From NCBI GenBank assembly GCA_963798915.1, contig CAWCVB010000002.1, positions 64,001 through 128,000 of the forward strand: a DNA stretch of 64,000 nt, read 5' to 3'. Below are positions 8,806 to 17,982 of the stretch, one piece after another. Below the pieces are notes generated by a model. That model saw nothing but the letters and a program-made list of their open reading frames with translations. It did no database searches and was not told the DNA's origin. This DNA comes from an uncultured Gemmatimonadales bacterium. Lineage in GTDB: Bacteria; Gemmatimonadota; Gemmatimonadetes; Gemmatimonadales; GWC2-71-9. Position 1 is the stretch's first letter, and each line of letters starts with the position of its first letter. The position numbers and the translations under genes were made by a program.

Positions 8806-10468
8806 TCAGCGAGAGTCGCCTTCCCGACTTCCCGTCTTCCCGCCCTCCCGTCGGTAATTCACATCCAGCGCGTCCAGCCGCTTCAGGTGCACCTGCAGTC
8901 GCCGCAGGAAATCAGCGTAATCCCGCCGCTCCTCCGGCGTCCACATCACTTCGCTGAACGCCGAGGTGCGGGGATAGGCCATGTACTCCGCCTGCTTTGG
9001 ACTGGGGATGTACTCGGTCCAGAGCTGGACCTGGGCTCCGAGAATGTGCTTGCGGTACTGCGGCTCCAGTGAATCGGGATACGGCTCATACGAATACACC
9101 GTGTCCATGGGCAGGTAACCACCAATGGCGATCGGTTCGTGCGCCGTGTCCAGCGACTGATAATGATCCAGATAGGTATGGCTCCCCGGCGCCATGACCA
9201 CATCGTGCCCCTGGCGCGCGGCGGCGATACCGCCCGCGACGCCCCGCCATGACATCACCGCCGCGCCCGGTGCCAGCCCGCCTTCGAGGATTTCGTCCCA
9301 GCCGATCAGCCGGCGGCCGTGGGCCGTGAGAAACTTGTCCATCTGGCGGATGAACCAGCTCTGCAGCTCCGACTCATCCTTGAGTCCCAGCTCCCTGATG
9401 CGCGCCTGGATCTCAGGGCTCGATTTCCACTGCGCCTTGGCGGCCTCGTCGCCGCCCACGTGAATGAACTTGGAGGGAAACAGCTCCATCACTTCGGTGA
9501 GCACGTCCTGATAGAACTTGACCGTGGCATCGGTCGGCTTGAGGATATTGCTGAAGACGCCCCAGTAGGTCGCCACCGTGGTGGTATCGCCTGCCATGCC
9601 CAGTTCGGGATAAGCGGCAATGGCCGCCACCGAATGTCCCGGCATTTCGATTTCCGGCACCACGTTGATGTGCCGCTCCGCGGCGTAGGCCACGATTTCC
9701 CGGATATCGTCCTGCGTATAGAAGCCGCCGGTCGGTGTGCTGTCGAACCGCATGGGCGCGCCGTTCCGCGGGTAGGGCGGAATCATCGTCTCCTTACGCC
9801 ATGCCCCGACGCCGGTGAGTTTCGGATACTTCCGTATCTCGATCCGCCAGCCCTGGTCATCGGTAAGGTGCCAGTGGAAGCTGTTCATCTTGTGGAGCGC
9901 GAGGAGGTCGAGGTACTTCTTGACGAACTCCTTGGGCATGAAGTGCCGCACCACGTCCAGGTGGGCGCCGCGCCACCGGAATCTTGGCTGGTCCTCGATG
10001 GTGACTGCCGGCATCGTCCACCGCATGCTGTCCAGCGGGGCTTCCCGGAAAATAGCCGGTGGCAGCAGCTGCCGGATGGTCTGGATGCCGTAAAAGAGCC
10101 CCGCGATCTCCGCGCGCACGCACGGTGACGCGGCGGGTCGTGACGGTGAGCCGGTACCCCTCGGGGCCCAAGGCGCCGAGCGAGGTATCCCGGATCAGCA
10201 CCAGTTCCGACGCCCCGGGCGTGCCACCCACATGGACCGGCAGCCGCCATCCCATGGCGGGTTCGAGATAATCGGCCAGCTGCTCGCCGATGTGCCGACC
10301 ACCATGAAGCACCCGGATCGCCGTCCCCGGCACGACGTGAAACACGCCGGTGCCCATGGTGACGTGGGCGGGGCGGGGAATGACCGCGAGCACGCCTTGA
10401 GCCGAGGCCAATGCCGGTGCCGGTGCCGTTGCGATGGCGCAAATCGTTGTCAAATAAAGCTTTAGCAT
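8806..10468 (-). pseudogene. beta-N-acetylhexosaminidase (GH20) with one frameshift (real or sequencing error)
   Basis: N-terminal VIPRP...EGYRL domain in ORF 9857-10468; PRFRWRG.HLD, HLTDDQGWR, HVGGDE in ORF 8806-10119; join near 10110-10120. Confidence 0.85.
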
Positions 10469-10571
10469 TTAGATACGGTTGCGGGATGGCGGATGGTTGA
10501 GTTTTGTAGCAATTTGGGATGCGGTCGCGAGTCACGGGTCGCGAGTCTCGTGACCCGCGACCCTGGACTCC

Positions 10572-10826
10572 CTACAGCCTTCTCGGTCGCAGCGCCCGCA
10601 CCAGCAGCAGCAGCACGACCGCACCGACGAACGCTACGATGATGGCGCCGAGCAGGCCTCCAGTCGGCGAAGTCACACCGAACGCATTGAACAGAAAACC
10701 GCCGATGACGGCGCCCAGCATTCCGACGATGATATCGCCGAGCAGGCCGTAGCCAATGCCTCCCACGGCGTAGCTGGCCAGCAGGCCGGCGATCAGCCCG
10801 ACGACGATCCAGGTAAGCAGAACCAT
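10572..10826 (-). CDS. GlsB/YeaQ/YmgE (transglycosylase-associated) stress membrane protein
   Basis: WIVVGLIAGLLA...DIIVGMLGAVIGG...AFVGAVVLL; GAGG RBS. Confidence 0.9.
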   Translation of the reverse strand: MVLLTWIVVGLIAGLLASYAVGGIGYGLLGDIIVGMLGAVIGGFLFNAFGVTSPTGGLLGAIIVAFVGAVVLLLLVRALRPRRL

Positions 10827-10901
10827 AAGTACCTCATATGAGACGAGACACATCGAACATACGTCACGCGGGTCCCCGTTGTAAGAGCAGGAGGCAGCAT
10901 C

Positions 10902-11138
10902 ATGGCCGACTTCAGGCGCACCATTCTTTCCGCTGACACCCAGACTCGCGCGGTCATTCACCAGCGCCCCGACGGATTCTATGCGGTCCAGTTCGAGCAG
11001 TATGACGACAGCATTGTCTCGGCGACGGGTGGCATGAGCGACCCCTTCTGGCGAGCGGGTGAAGCGGCGTCGGTCGTGTCCACCTTCGAGGATGCAGAGC
11101 GGCTGGCCACCGACCGGCTGGGCCTCGCGCCCGCCTGA
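10902..11138 (+). CDS. small hypothetical protein
   Basis: AGGAGG RBS, coherent 78-aa ORF. Confidence 0.65.
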   Translation: MADFRRTILSADTQTRAVIHQRPDGFYAVQFEQYDDSIVSATGGMSDPFWRAGEAASVVSTFEDAERLATDRLGLAPA

Positions 11139-11857
11139 CACCGGAGTCGTCCATTACCCTCGCCGGCTGGTTTCATCTCGGATTCTTCGGCCTCCTGATC
11201 CCGTGGCTGGCATGGCGCTCACGCAGCCGCCTGCTCGACCACCAGGCGGTGCCACGCGCCCGTCACCTGGCCAACGTGATTCTTCAGCTTGCCATCTTTC
11301 TGGTCATTTCGCTGGCGGTGGCGAGGGTGGAGTTCATCCCGATCTGGAAGCCGCCGGAAGGGCGCTGGCTCGCGTGGGTCCTTGCCGCCGCATTGGCCGT
11401 CCTCGGCGTGCTGGTCATGCGACCCCGCTGGCGCGCCAACGTCGAGCGGCGGGATCCCAAGGTGCGGCTCTTCATGCCGTCGGACGCACGCGAGCGCAGG
11501 CTCTGGATCCTGGTGTCCCTCGCCGCCGGCCTGAGCGAGGAGGTGACCTACCGCGGCGTCATGTTCGCCCTGCTCTGGATGGTGACGGCCTCGCCGGTGG
11601 CTTCCGCGCTCATCGCCTCGCTGGTCTTCGGCGTCAGTCATTCGGTGCAGGGATGGAAGACGGTGGCGATCGTGACCATCATCGCACTCCTCCTGCACGG
11701 GCTGGTCGCGGTGAGCGGGACGTTGTATCCGGCCATCGCTGCACACGCGGCGTACGACATGGTGGCCGGACTGACGTATGGGCGCCTCGGGCGGGACCTG
11801 GGTTATGATGATACAGCGCCGCCGGGCCACTTTCCGGAGCCCCTGCCGGCGCCCTGA
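11135..11857 (+). CDS. CPBP (CAAX/Abi) intramembrane metalloprotease
   Basis: EEVTYRG, FGVSH, HAAYD motifs; hydrophobic frame extends upstream of the 11249 GTG to a CTG (11135) or ATT (11153). Confidence 0.85.
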   Translation: MTPESSITLAGWFHLGFFGLLIPWLAWRSRSRLLDHQAVPRARHLANVILQLAIFLVISLAVARVEFIPIWKPPEGRWLAWVLAAALAVLGVLVMRPRWRANVERRDPKVRLFMPSDARERRLWILVSLAAGLSEEVTYRGVMFALLWMVTASPVASALIASLVFGVSHSVQGWKTVAIVTIIALLLHGLVAVSGTLYPAIAAHAAYDMVAGLTYGRLGRDLGYDDTAPPGHFPEPLPAP

Positions 11858-11879
11858 CCGGTACCATGGAGCCCCCGCC

Positions 11880-12368
11880 ATGCTCGACCATATCCGTCGT
11901 CTCTTTGCCCATCTTGCCTGGGCCGATGCCCACGTCCTCGAATCCATCCGCCAGGCCGGCAATCCCGCCCGCGCCCGCGAGCTGTTTGCGCACGTCCTCG
12001 GCTGTGAACTCGTGTGGCTCGCCCGCATCGAGGGCAGCAAGCCCGACGTGGCGGTCTGGCCCGAGCTGTCGCTCTACCAATGCGGCATTCACGCCGGCCG
12101 GGTACGGGAGGAATACGAGCGCTACCTCGCGCTGGTCAGCGAGGAGAACCTCACCGAGAGCGTCCCTTACATCAACAGCGCCGGAAACTCCTACACTTCC
12201 GAAGTGGGCGACATCCTGCTGCAGGTGGCGCTGCATGGCGCGTATCACCGCGGACAGATCGCCATGCTGCTGCGCGACGGCGACGCAGTGCCCAGTCCCA
12301 CCGATTACATAGGCTTTGTCCGCGGCGCGCCGGCGGCCACCCGGATGGACGGTGCCGATCACCGTTGA
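11880..12368 (+). CDS. DinB family protein
   Basis: HLAWAD, AHVL, HGAYHRGQIA. Confidence 0.9.
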   Translation: MLDHIRRLFAHLAWADAHVLESIRQAGNPARARELFAHVLGCELVWLARIEGSKPDVAVWPELSLYQCGIHAGRVREEYERYLALVSEENLTESVPYINSAGNSYTSEVGDILLQVALHGAYHRGQIAMLLRDGDAVPSPTDYIGFVRGAPAATRMDGADHR

Positions 12369-12592
12369 TGGAACGCCGGATCACGGGCTTCCACCGGGAT
12401 GACGTAGGCCACTGGGTGGCCGAGCTCGACTGTGGCCACACCCAGCACGTGCGACACGACCCACCCTGGCAGGTGCGGGAATGGGTGGTGACACCACGCG
12501 GGCGCGCCGATCATCTGGGAACCGTGCTCGAATGCCGCCTGTGTGACAGCCAGGCTCGGGTCAGCATGCCGCCGGCAGCCCGTCACCATTGA
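12368..12592 (+). CDS. DUF3565 domain protein
   Basis: WVAELDCGHTQHVRHDPPW...CRLC. Confidence 0.85.
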   Translation: MERRITGFHRDDVGHWVAELDCGHTQHVRHDPPWQVREWVVTPRGRADHLGTVLECRLCDSQARVSMPPAARHH

Positions 12593-12624
12593 CTTTCCCA
12601 CCCCCAGTTCCGGATCTCCTGCCC

Positions 12625-13371
12625 ATGCACTCATCGACCTGTCGCATCGCCGGCCCCGTTGCGCTCGTGATGCTCTTCGCCATGTTGCCCGGCCGCGCAT
12701 CGGCGCAGGCCGCCGATGGCCGGGTACATCTCACCGGCAACCTGAGTTTCGTCAATACGGCGGGCAACAGCGAGCTGACCACCATCAGCGGCGACGAAGC
12801 GCTGCTGGAAATGACGACCGATTCACTCTGGAAATTCCAGCAATCGGGGGCGGCCGTCTATGGCCGGTCGCAGGACTCCACCACGGCCAGCGCCTTCAAG
12901 GCCGGCGCCCGGGTCGACCGCACCCTGGCGTCTCAGCTCTCGGCCTTTGTCAGCGGCAACTGGGAGCGAAACCGGTTTGCCGGCATTGCCCGCCGGTTCG
13001 AGGAGAACCTCGGGCTGGCGTACCAGCTGCTGGCGCTGGAACGTGACCACCTCGGCCTGGAGGCTGGCGCCGCGTTCAACCAGCAGCGAAGCACCGCGGG
13101 GGTCGACGACAACTTCGTCGCGATTCGGGCGGCGGCGGCGTTCAGGCACCTCCTGACCGACAAGGCCTATTTCCAGCAGCTGGCCGAGGTGCTGCCCAAC
13201 CTGGAGGCGGCCAAGGACGTGCGGATCAACGCCGAGACCGCGCTGGTGGCACCGATTTCCCAGGCGATCGCCCTCAAGCTCAGCTATACCATCCACTTCG
13301 ACAATTTGCCGGAGCCGGGCTTCAAGAAGACCGACCGGACCCTGAGTTCGGGCATTCAGGTGACGTTCTAG
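12625..13371 (+). CDS. DUF481 outer-membrane beta-barrel protein
   Basis: Signal peptide, TAGNSE, alternating beta strands, terminal F. Confidence 0.8.
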   Translation: MHSSTCRIAGPVALVMLFAMLPGRASAQAADGRVHLTGNLSFVNTAGNSELTTISGDEALLEMTTDSLWKFQQSGAAVYGRSQDSTTASAFKAGARVDRTLASQLSAFVSGNWERNRFAGIARRFEENLGLAYQLLALERDHLGLEAGAAFNQQRSTAGVDDNFVAIRAAAAFRHLLTDKAYFQQLAEVLPNLEAAKDVRINAETALVAPISQAIALKLSYTIHFDNLPEPGFKKTDRTLSSGIQVTF

Positions 13372-13424
13372 GCGCGAAGGCGGTCAACGGTCAACGGTCG
13401 ACGGTCGACGGTCGACGATTCAAT

Positions 13425-13452
13425 GTACGGGCACGGCATGCCGTGCCCCTAC
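13425..13452. repeat. GTAG-type REP
   Basis: GTACGGGCACGGCATGCCGTGCCCCTAC, between a GGTCRAC heptamer array and a C-rich 9-mer array. Confidence 0.85.
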
Positions 13453-13601
13453 GTCCTGCCCGTCCCGCCCGTCTTGCCCGCCTTGCCCGTCCTGTCGAGC
13501 CGCCATCCCTAGCCGAATCACCCCATATGACGCATAGTCATAGGTACCTGGCAGCCGTCCGTGGGGTGCCAGGACGCGGTGTCACCTTTCTGGAGGGCGA
13601 T

Positions 13602-13859
13602 ATGCATTTACTGTGGACACTGGTCATCGGCCTGGTCGCGGGCATCGTCGCCAAGATGATCATGCCCGGAAAAGATCCCGGCGGCATCATCATTACCATG
13701 CTGATCGGCATCGCCGGCGCATTCGTCGGCACCTGGCTGGGTCGCCTGCTGGGCCTCTACCAGGAGGGGCAGACTGCCGGCTTCATTGCCTCCGTCGTGG
13801 GCGCCATCGTCCTCCTGGCTATTTACCGCATGTTTACCAAGAAATCTCCAGCCGTCTGA
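13602..13859 (+). CDS. GlsB/YeaQ/YmgE stress membrane protein
   Basis: IGLVAGIVAKMIMPGKDPGG; GGAGG RBS. Confidence 0.9.
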   Translation: MHLLWTLVIGLVAGIVAKMIMPGKDPGGIIITMLIGIAGAFVGTWLGRLLGLYQEGQTAGFIASVVGAIVLLAIYRMFTKKSPAV

Positions 13860-13873
13860 CGCCGGCACCGGAC

Positions 13874-13914
13874 ACACCACGAGCCCGGAGCGTCCTGCTC
13901 CGGGCTCGTGGTGT
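13874..13914. terminator. hairpin between convergent genes
   Basis: ACACCACGAGCCCGGAGC-gtcct-GCTCCGGGCTCGTGGTGT 18-bp stem. Confidence 0.75.
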
Positions 13915-13927
13915 CTCAGGCCACTGC

Positions 13928-14131
13928 TCAATCCTGGAGGACGAACGTCACCTTCAGGACAACGCGATACGTGGCGATCCTGCCGTTCTCGATGTCCACC
14001 TTCATCGACTTGACCCAGGCGCCCTGGACGTCCTGAACCGTCTTGCCGGCACGCGCCACCCCCGAGGTGATGGCATCCTCGAAGCTGGTCGTGGACGTGG
14101 CGGAGACTTCGATCACTTTGGCGACGGACAT
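13928..14131 (-). CDS. dodecin family protein
   Basis: SVAKVIEVSATS.TSFEDAI..G...YRVVLKVTF. Confidence 0.9.
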   Translation of the reverse strand: MSVAKVIEVSATSTTSFEDAITSGVARAGKTVQDVQGAWVKSMKVDIENGRIATYRVVLKVTFVLQD

Positions 14132-14149
14132 GCTCCCGCTCCCTTTCGA

Positions 14150-14623
14150 TTACTTGACCGTGAAGTCGCGGGTGCCGGCGCTCTCGCCGTCAGCCCACAC
14201 CTCGACGTGGTAGTCACCGGAGGGCAAGCCGCTCGGACGCGACACATGGAACTCGGTCGTCGTCGGGCCGGCCGGGGTGACGCGGATCGACGTGGAATCC
14301 ACGCGGGCGTTATTGCCGTCCTTCTCGTAGGTCCACACTGCCGTCAACGTCGAGCCCGACGCCGGCGCACCGTTGGTCTTCACCGCCGCATAAATGGTAT
14401 CGTTGGGCGCGAACTCGGTCTTGGGCATGGTGACGTTCCGGTCCTGTCCCACCGCGCTGCCAAGCTGAATGTCGGCGACATCCAGCGCATTGCTGGTGTT
14501 CACCGCCGGCGGCTCGGTGCCTTCCACGATCGGCTGGGTGTTGTTCCGATCGTCATTGTCATTGCAGGCAACCGCGGCGACGACCGCGAAGGCGGCTACG
14601 AGCAAGTGCAATCGTGCTTTCAT
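14150..14623 (-). CDS. lipoprotein with Ig-like domain
   Basis: Lipobox AVAC; FAPNDTIYA, PSGDYHVEV; GGAG RBS. Confidence 0.75.
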   Translation of the reverse strand: MKARLHLLVAAFAVVAAVACNDNDDRNNTQPIVEGTEPPAVNTSNALDVADIQLGSAVGQDRNVTMPKTEFAPNDTIYAAVKTNGAPASGSTLTAVWTYEKDGNNARVDSTSIRVTPAGPTTTEFHVSRPSGLPSGDYHVEVWADGESAGTRDFTVK

Positions 14624-14642
14624 GGTATCACTCCTCCGTGGT

Positions 14643-14915
14643 TCAGGCACCGGGAATTTCGAGCACCTGGTCAGGATAGATGAGGTCAGGGTTCTTGATC
14701 TGGTCCTGGTTCGCTTCGTAGATCTGCTTCCACTTCGAGGCATCGCCGTAGACAGCCTTGGCGATTTTCGACAGACTGTCGCCCTTCTTCACCGTATACT
14801 TCTGGCCTGCGGCACCGGCCCCGGCCTCCCGGCCGGCGGTACCTGGCGCACCGGACGTGGCGCCACTTCTGACATCGGAGAAATCCGGCATGGATGTATC
14901 GTTCGGCTTCGGCAT
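14643..14915 (-). CDS. LysM domain protein
   Basis: YTVKKGDSLSKIA..YG....W..IYEAN...IKNPDLIYPDQVLEIP. Confidence 0.9.
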   Translation of the reverse strand: MPKPNDTSMPDFSDVRSGATSGAPGTAGREAGAGAAGQKYTVKKGDSLSKIAKAVYGDASKWKQIYEANQDQIKNPDLIYPDQVLEIPGA

Positions 14916-15020
14916 TGACGTGTCCTTCCTGGCGGAACCGCTGGATGAGCCTGGCGCGCGCCCGGGGTTGCAGGCACGACGGCAGAAGACCAAATATCGC
15001 CCCTCGGGGAGGTCAGTTAG

Positions 15021-15518
15021 GTGAGCCGGGTCACACGGGGGCGCCGGAAGAACGGCCGCGGCCCCGGACCCCTGCTGGCGTGGGTGGCTGGCGTGGAGGC
15101 CGTGGGTGCGATTTCAGCGATGGTGGTGCGGCGGGGCGCCTGGTACACTGCGCTGGCCAAACCGGCCTGGACCCCGCCAGACTGGGTCTTTGCCCCAGTT
15201 TGGGTGGCGCTTTATGCCACCATGGCGGTGGCCGCCTGGATGGTCTGGCGAGAACGGGACCGGCTGACCGTCCGGAAGGCGCTCATCTGGTTTGGCGTCC
15301 AGCTGGCCTTCAACGCACTCTGGAATCCACTCTTCTTCGGATTCCGACGGCTGGACCTGGCCATGCTGGATCTTTCGCTGCTCTGGGTGGCCATCCTGCT
15401 CACGATGCGGAATTTTCACCGTGTCCGGGCGGTCGCCGGATGGCTCCTGGTCCCCTACCTTGCATGGGTCACGTTCGCGGGGGCGCTGACGCTGTCCATA
15501 TGGGTGCGGAACGGCTGA
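15021..15518 (+). CDS. tspO: TspO/MBR tryptophan-rich sensory protein
   Basis: WY..L.KPAWTPP.WVF.PVW..LY; LVPYLAWVTFA. Confidence 0.92.
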   Translation: MSRVTRGRRKNGRGPGPLLAWVAGVEAVGAISAMVVRRGAWYTALAKPAWTPPDWVFAPVWVALYATMAVAAWMVWRERDRLTVRKALIWFGVQLAFNALWNPLFFGFRRLDLAMLDLSLLWVAILLTMRNFHRVRAVAGWLLVPYLAWVTFAGALTLSIWVRNG

Positions 15519-15880
15519 TGGCAGCCCCGTCCGCATACGAGAGGATCTATGGCGTGGTCCGCCGGATTCCACGCGGAAAGGTCGCCACCTATGGGCAGGT
15601 GGCAGAACTGGCGGGCCTCCCGGGCAGGGCCCGGCAGACGGGATACGCCCTGCACGCCCTCGGCGGCGCGACCGCCGTCCCCTGGCATCGGGTACTGAAC
15701 GCCAGGGGGATGGTGAGCCTGCCGCCCGGCTCGCCTGCGGCACTGGAACAGCGACTGCTGCTGGAAGCTGAGGGCGTGCAGTTTGACCAGCGCGGGCAGG
15801 TGCCACTCGAGCGGCATCGCTGGCGCCCGCATCACGCGCCGGCCTCCGGCCGGCCGACTCAACGAGGCAGGACACGATGA
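15518..15880 (+). CDS. alkyltransferase-like (MGMT family, Atl/YbaZ) protein
   Basis: IPRGKVATYGQVA; PWHRV (Trp instead of the catalytic Cys). Confidence 0.9.
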   Translation: MAAPSAYERIYGVVRRIPRGKVATYGQVAELAGLPGRARQTGYALHALGGATAVPWHRVLNARGMVSLPPGSPAALEQRLLLEAEGVQFDQRGQVPLERHRWRPHHAPASGRPTQRGRTR

Positions 15881-16404
15881 GCATTTCAATTCCGCGTCCC
15901 GACCCGGGCGAGTTCGCCGAGGCCTACGCCGGCTACATCGCGGAGGCTTCGGACGTCACCGACCTCATCACCCACCTTGCCAAGCAGGGCGACCAGACTC
16001 GCAAGCTCTTCACGGCCCTGTCGGATGCGCAGGCGGATTTCCGCTATGCGCCCGATAAGTGGACCGTCCGCGACATCATGCTGCACCTGGCCGACTCGGA
16101 ACGGGTCTTTGCCTACCGCGTGCTGCGGTTCGCACGGAATGACGCCACGCCGCTGCCCGGGTTCGAGGAGCAGGACTGGGCCCGCGCGGCCGGCGCCGAC
16201 GTGCGCGGCATCGCCGGGCTCGCAGCCGAGCTGCACGCGGTGCGCGTCGCCAGCGTGGCACTGCTGCAGGGGCTGGGCGAGGATACCCTCGAACGCCGCG
16301 GCGTCGCCAGTGGCAGTCCCATTACCGTGCGCGCGCTCGCGTGGGTCATCGCGGGCCACGAACTCCATCATCTGCGCATCGTGCGCGAACGCTATCTCAG
16401 CTGA
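15877..16404 (+). CDS. DinB family protein
   Basis: RYAPDKWT, HLADSERVFAYR, GHELHH. Confidence 0.9.
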   Translation: MSISIPRPDPGEFAEAYAGYIAEASDVTDLITHLAKQGDQTRKLFTALSDAQADFRYAPDKWTVRDIMLHLADSERVFAYRVLRFARNDATPLPGFEEQDWARAAGADVRGIAGLAAELHAVRVASVALLQGLGEDTLERRGVASGSPITVRALAWVIAGHELHHLRIVRERYLS

Positions 16405-16433
16405 GTACTCCGTCTTCCCACAGGATCCTCGTC

Positions 16434-16925
16434 ATGAAAGTTGCCGTCACACTCGCACTCGTCACACTGGCCGCCTGCAACCAGAAGGTGGACCATGCCA
16501 ACCTGCCGGCCGCGTCGGCTGACACGACTGTCCAGTCCGCCTCCGCCGCCCTGCCCGCTATGACGGTGTACAAGTCACCCACCTGCGGATGCTGCACGAG
16601 CTGGGTCGAGGCGGTGAAGGAGGCGGGCTTTACGGTCACGGTGCACGACGTGAATGACGTCACGCCGGTCAAGGACGATGCCGGAGTGCCGGTGGACAAG
16701 CGCGCCTGCCACACCGCGATCATTGCCGGCTACACCATTGAAGGACATGTGCCGCCCGCCACGATCAAGCGGTTCCTCGCGGAGCATCCCGCCGTCGCCG
16801 GCCTGGCCGTGCCCGGGATGCCGGCGGGCTCACCGGGCATGGAAATGCCGGGGCAGGCACCGGATCACTACGACGTGGTCGCCTTCCAGGCCAATGGCAC
16901 GTCATCGGTCTACGAGAGTCATTGA
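16434..16925 (+). CDS. DUF411 metal-binding lipoprotein
   Basis: Lipobox LAAC; YKSPTCGCC, CHTA, EGHVP, VPGMPAGSPGM. Confidence 0.9.
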   Translation: MKVAVTLALVTLAACNQKVDHANLPAASADTTVQSASAALPAMTVYKSPTCGCCTSWVEAVKEAGFTVTVHDVNDVTPVKDDAGVPVDKRACHTAIIAGYTIEGHVPPATIKRFLAEHPAVAGLAVPGMPAGSPGMEMPGQAPDHYDVVAFQANGTSSVYESH

Positions 16926-17974
16926 TGCGAATGGCCCGGGCAGCCGCGGTGACCGTGCTGCTTGCCAGTTGCAATGCGCCGGCACCGCTGCCCTGGCCGT
17001 CACTGGGACGGGAGACCCAATCGAGCGGTACCGCCGCACTGCTGCAGGCCGTGAGTGCGGTCAACGACACCGTGGTCTGGGTGAGCGGACACCGCGGCAC
17101 CTGGGCACGGACACTGGATGGCGGCCGGACCTGGACCACCGGGACCGTGGCTGGTGGTGACACGCTGCAGTTTCGGGACGTCCACGCCGCCAGCGCCGAT
17201 ACCGCCTGGCTGCTGAGTGCGGGACCGGGCGACCTGTCGCGTATCTATCGTACCACCGACGGTGGTGCCAGCTGGGCGCTCCAGTTCCGCAACGCCATTC
17301 CAGACGGATTCTACGATTGCATGGCTTTCTGGGACGGCCGGCACGGGCTGGTGTACGGCGATGAAGTCGACGGCCAGCTCATGGTGCTGGAGACCACCGA
17401 CGGCGAGCATTGGGCCAGCATCACGGCGGGGCGGCTGCCGCCGGCGCTGGATGGGGAGGGAGGATTTGCGGCCAGCGGAACTTGCCTCGTGACGGCGCCG
17501 GGCGGCCTGGCCTGGATCGGAACGGGCAACGGGCCGTCGGCGCGAGTGCTGCGGTCAACCGACTACGGGCGGAATTGGGTCGCCAGCGAGACGCCCATTG
17601 CTGGCGGCGAGGCTGCGGGGATCGCCACCGTGGCCTTCAGCGATGCCAGACGCGGCGCGGCGCTGGGCGGGCCCATCGCCAGCCCTGACGCGGTGAGTGA
17701 GAATGTCAGCATCACCACCGATGGCGGCGCAACCTGGGACAGCGGCGGCCGGCCCACGTTTGCGGGGGCGGTCTACGGCGCCGCGTTCGTGCCGGGCAGC
17801 CGGACGCTCGTAGCGGTGGGCCCGCGCGGCGCCAGTGTGTCGCCCGACGGCGGGCGACACTGGGCCGCGCTGGATACCCTGAGCTACTGGGGACTGGGCT
17901 TTGCGCCCGGCGGCGGCGGCTGGCTGGTGGGACCGCGGGGACGAATCACCCACATCCGGACCAGCGGGCAGTAG
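16925..17974 (+). CDS. BNR/Asp-box (YCF48-like) beta-propeller lipoprotein
   Basis: Lipobox LASC; repeated (T/S)xDxGxxW motifs. Confidence 0.85.
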   Translation: MRMARAAAVTVLLASCNAPAPLPWPSLGRETQSSGTAALLQAVSAVNDTVVWVSGHRGTWARTLDGGRTWTTGTVAGGDTLQFRDVHAASADTAWLLSAGPGDLSRIYRTTDGGASWALQFRNAIPDGFYDCMAFWDGRHGLVYGDEVDGQLMVLETTDGEHWASITAGRLPPALDGEGGFAASGTCLVTAPGGLAWIGTGNGPSARVLRSTDYGRNWVASETPIAGGEAAGIATVAFSDARRGAALGGPIASPDAVSENVSITTDGGATWDSGGRPTFAGAVYGAAFVPGSRTLVAVGPRGASVSPDGGRHWAALDTLSYWGLGFAPGGGGWLVGPRGRITHIRTSGQ

Positions 17975-17982
17975 CCCTCCGC

